Part shown: piece after piece, positions 60,801 through 64,000 of the stretch
Layout of the letters: every line of letters begins with the position of its first letter
Numbering within the stretch: the first letter of the stretch is position 1
Notes under the pieces: model-generated
What the model was told of the DNA's origin: nothing
Databases searched by the model: none
Seen by the model: only the letters and a program-made list of their open reading frames with translations
Assembly (NCBI GenBank): GCA_013239625.1
Contig: MU053934.1
Coordinates: 11,937,413-12,001,412, forward strand
DNA length: 64,000 nt
Reading direction: 5' to 3'
DNA from: Lama guanicoe
Lineage: Eukaryota
Position numbers and translations under genes: made by a program

Positions 60801-61999
60801 GGGTGGGGATGAAGGGGTGGGGGGCCAGACCAGGAGTGGGGGCACTTGATGGGGCGGGCCCGGCTGAGTGCTGGGGGACTGGCGGCGCCCCGGGCTCGGG
60901 GAGGGGACGGCCTGGACCAGACGGGCGGCTGGGAGAGCCTGGGGGACACCAGGCTGGGCAGTGGGCTCTGGATGGAGGCGCCCGGGGGGCTGAGGGGAAG
61001 GGGGTGCTGGAAGGGGTGGGGGAGCACTGGGGACTGGGGGCTGCGAGGGGCAGCGGGGTTCCAGGGGGCCTGCCCAGCCCGCCCGCCTCCTTTGAGTGCC
61101 GTGGTCCTCGCACCTGGGCAGTTAGTACCTGAGCACCCGCTCTGGGGTCCCCGCGAAGCCGAAAGGCCCCGGAGCAGCAGTGGCTCGGAGCCCGAGCCAG
61201 TCTCCCCTGGCAGCTCCCACCTTGGCCTTCGTTTAAACCCGAAAATCAGTGGTTTCATGACAGTTTCCATCCGCAGATTAAATCCTAAAATGTTTTCAGA
61301 GGAGGAAGAGGCCCAGAATGTTCCCTGGTTTCCGCAAGGATTTGAGGTTAGGGCAGTGGCAAGAAGCAGCCCAGCCCCGGGGGAGGGGCGGCAGGAGGCC
61401 ATCAGCATGGGGCACGCCCCCAGGGCAGAGGCTGGGCCCTTCTGAGCTGGTAAGGCCTGTGCCCACGTGGACAGGTGGGGCAGGTCCACCGCTTAGGATT
61501 CTCCACCATATGCCTTCTTGGGAGTGGGCTGGCCCTGTCCACCCAGCTGTCCTAGGTGGGGGGGGGGGCGTCCTGCTAAGCCGCACTGGTGCTCCACTGC
61601 ACCAAGTGTACAGGTTGAAGAGTGAAGGCTCGGGGTGGAGCGGGTAGGACTGCAGCCAAGGTCAGCCAGTGGTCAAGGCCCTGGGCGAGATCCCACCTCT
61701 GGACACATGCTTGGATGGAGGTGAGCAGCCCCAGCCCTGGGCCCCAACCACATCAGCACAGAGGCCGGAGCTGCAGCTGTCCACTCCGCTCCCACAGACA
61801 TCGGCTTTCTGAGTGCAGGTGTGCCAGGGCAGCAGCGGCAGAGGGCTGGCATACAGGGCCTGCACCTTCTCCCCCAGGGCAAGCCAGATGCAAGCCCCCA
61901 AGCCGGAGACCATCGGGAGGAGTGGCTTCTCCAATGACCAAGTGACGCCCAGGAGGAGCGAAGGCCTGTCGGAGTGACCTCCCGGAATCCCAAGGATGA

Positions 62000-64000
62000 A
62001 GAGACCAGCTCAAAAAACGCAGAGAGGAAAGAATCTTCAGTCAGACTGAACCTGATTGGCAACTGGCGAAGGGGTGCCTGTCAAGATTCTAAGAAAATTG
62101 AATCTAGAACCTAGAACACCACACAGTGAAGTCAGCATTCAAGTGAGACAGCAAAGTACAGGTGTCTTCACAGCCTGTAAACATCCACACACACTGTGAG
62201 TCTCTCAAGAAGGACTAAAAGATACAACCTAACAAAATGAGAGGTGAGTCCAAGAGAAAGGATGGACACCAACAAAGAAGCCAGTTCATACTGCGTACAG
62301 AACAGAGGAGCAACGAGGCCTTCCCAGAGAACACGGAGCTGTGCTCAGTGGTCTATAGGGACCTGTAATGGAAAGGAATACATGTATACATGTGTGTGAC
62401 TGAACCACTATGCTGTGTGCCAGAAACTAACGCAGCATTGTAAATCTAAAAAGAAAAATAGGGGAAAAAAAAGAAGCAGCCAGTTTAGACCATCCAAAGA
62501 AAGGTAAGTTGAGAGGGAGCCCCACGTGAGCTCCCGTGGCCTATGGCAGGGGAGCAAGGGGCAGGGAGAGAGCATGCTGAGGTCTTCGTGTTGTCCGAGG
62601 CTCATAGGATCTGTGGGGAAAAGTCCAAAATGGTGAGATATCAAGGTTTCCACTAGAAAAATGGAAATAGGATTTATAGATTTCAAAACAGCCTAGGGAG
62701 AGCTGAAATGAAGAAAAATTGACAGTGCCTACAAAAAGCAGAAAAGAGGAAAAGATAAATACTTGATAAGTAAGGACCATCGTATGAGATGACAGGAGTA
62801 AATTCAAACATTGAGTCTTTGGAGACATGACTGAATTAAGTTCCTCTGTTCAAAGATAGAGACTCTCAAATTAGAATGTAAATATTGTTAAATACCGTTT
62901 ACAAGAAACACACCTAAAATGTCACAGAGATTGAAAATAAAAGGATGGAAAGTATGTACCATACAACTTTTATTCCTCAAAAAACCATGAAGAGAATGAA
63001 AAACTAAAGACGAAGGTTTTTGCAACACATACATACCTTGCAAGTGATTAGAATCCAGAATATAGAAAGAACCCTTTCAAGTCTATGAGAAAAAGACAAG
63101 CCCGTAGAAGGATGAGCAGATCCCATAACCAGTTTCCTCGTGGAGAACACAGAAAGGGCCAGCAACCTCTAGCAATTTCAGAAATGCAAGCTAAAAACCA
63201 CATCAATGAGCACTGCTGTTAAAGTCCGACAAGGCCCAGTGATGGCTATGAGGCAGGTCAGCTGAGACTCGCATGTGGTGCTGGCCAGACGTCAGGTGGC
63301 ACTGCTGTCTGGGTAGACAGTATGGCCTTCCTCAGAGAAATTGGCCGTGTTCATCAGTTATCTCTTGCTGCATAACAAACCAGCCCCAAAACTTTGTAGC
63401 CCAAAACAAGTCATTCCTTTTGTTCGTGAGTCTGCTGTTTGGGCAAGATTCAGAGGGCTCTGCTGGTCTGTGCCATCCTGCCACCCCCGGGGGCACTTCC
63501 ACCGGGGGCTAAAGAGGCCACAGCCAAGACAGTGCCTCATGTGGCTGACAAGCTGGCTCAGACTATTGTCCGAGGACCTTGGGGACCTCCTCGTGGGAGG
63601 GTGGCCAGATCCCCAGAGCAAGAGTCCCAGGGGAAGCAGGTGGGTACTGGATCACATCGTAGCCTCCGAGGTCACAGCGTCCCTGCTGCACAAAGCCGCC
63701 CAGACTCGGGAGGTGAGAGACACGCCCCGCTTCCTGTGGAAGAAGAGGTGCCTGTTGCGGGGAGACATTGCAGCAGTTTGGGAAACACTTGCTCCCTGCT
63801 GTAGGGTTCGTAGGGTTCAGCTGATACATATTCTGGGGTACGTCCTATGCCAGGAAACCTGCACTGGTCCATCAGGAGATGTGTCAGGGTGCCAAGCAGC
63901 GCTGTTTTTAACAGCAAAAATACTGAGGGGAGACCCTTAAGTGTCCAGGGACAATAAAATGAATAAAGTGAGGTGTGTCCACGTGACGGAATAGCACACA
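62000..64000 (+). mobile_element. Fragmented old L1 (ORF1 end, ORF2 start and 3' pieces) with a nested short L1 3' end at about 62358-62460
   Basis: ttacaagaaacacacctaaaa...ttgaaaataaaaggatggaaa (endonuclease start), tttgcaacacat...tccagaatatagaaagaac, gactgaaccactatgctgtgtgccagaaactaac. Confidence 0.7.
63348..63790. mobile_element. MaLR (MLT1F-like) solo LTR nested in the L1 remnant
   Basis: tgttcatcagttatctcttgctgcataacaaaccagccccaaaactt...cagagcaagagtcccag...gaggtcacagcgtc matches the MLT1 terminus and core pattern. Confidence 0.7.

Larger units (their letters stand above)
59380..61200 (-). promoter_or_regulatory. CpG-island promoter region of BRD1, interrupted by an assembly gap
   Basis: Very high GC and CpG density on both sides of the N-run, about 2-4 kb upstream of the first coding exon; GC box ggggcggg at about 60851. 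Confidence 0.7.

Noticed and set aside
59235..61489. Long ORFs (424-648 aa) across the promoter
   Set aside because: Open only because they run through 914 N and a GC-rich repeat.
1..64000. CRISPR arrays, operons, rRNA or true tRNA genes
   Set aside because: Mammalian DNA with no repeat-spacer array. The only tRNA-like boxes belong to a SINE that has lost sequence between the A and B boxes.

Overview
This is GC-rich mammalian genomic DNA, probably camelid judging from a tRNA-derived SINE and the style of the L1 3' ends. It contains one protein-coding gene, BRD1 (BRPF2; PZP-bromodomain-PWWP scaffold of the HBO1/KAT7 acetyltransferase complex), on the minus strand. I traced 12 coding exons by hand, all GT-AG and in phase, from the ATG at 57262 to the TGA at 27983. 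They give a long isoform (3561 nt, 1186 aa) and a short isoform (3171 nt, 1056 aa) through an alternative 3' splice site. The 3'UTR has two AATAAA signals. The CpG-island promoter and probable first exon run into an assembly gap (59887-60800). Positions 1-26800 are intergenic, with old L1, MIR and MaLR remnants, simple repeats and several AT-rich enhancer-like islands. The most interesting signals are unannotated splicing-control candidates in BRD1 introns: (i) a 41-bp inverted repeat that would pair perfectly in the pre-mRNA (one G-U) around frame-shifting exon 9; (ii) a 29-nt poison micro-exon with consensus splice sites in intron 2; (iii) a stop-free in-frame 63-nt cassette exon just upstream of the long-isoform acceptor. 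Most listed ORFs are GC-rich noise. Exon numbers assume one non-coding exon 1.
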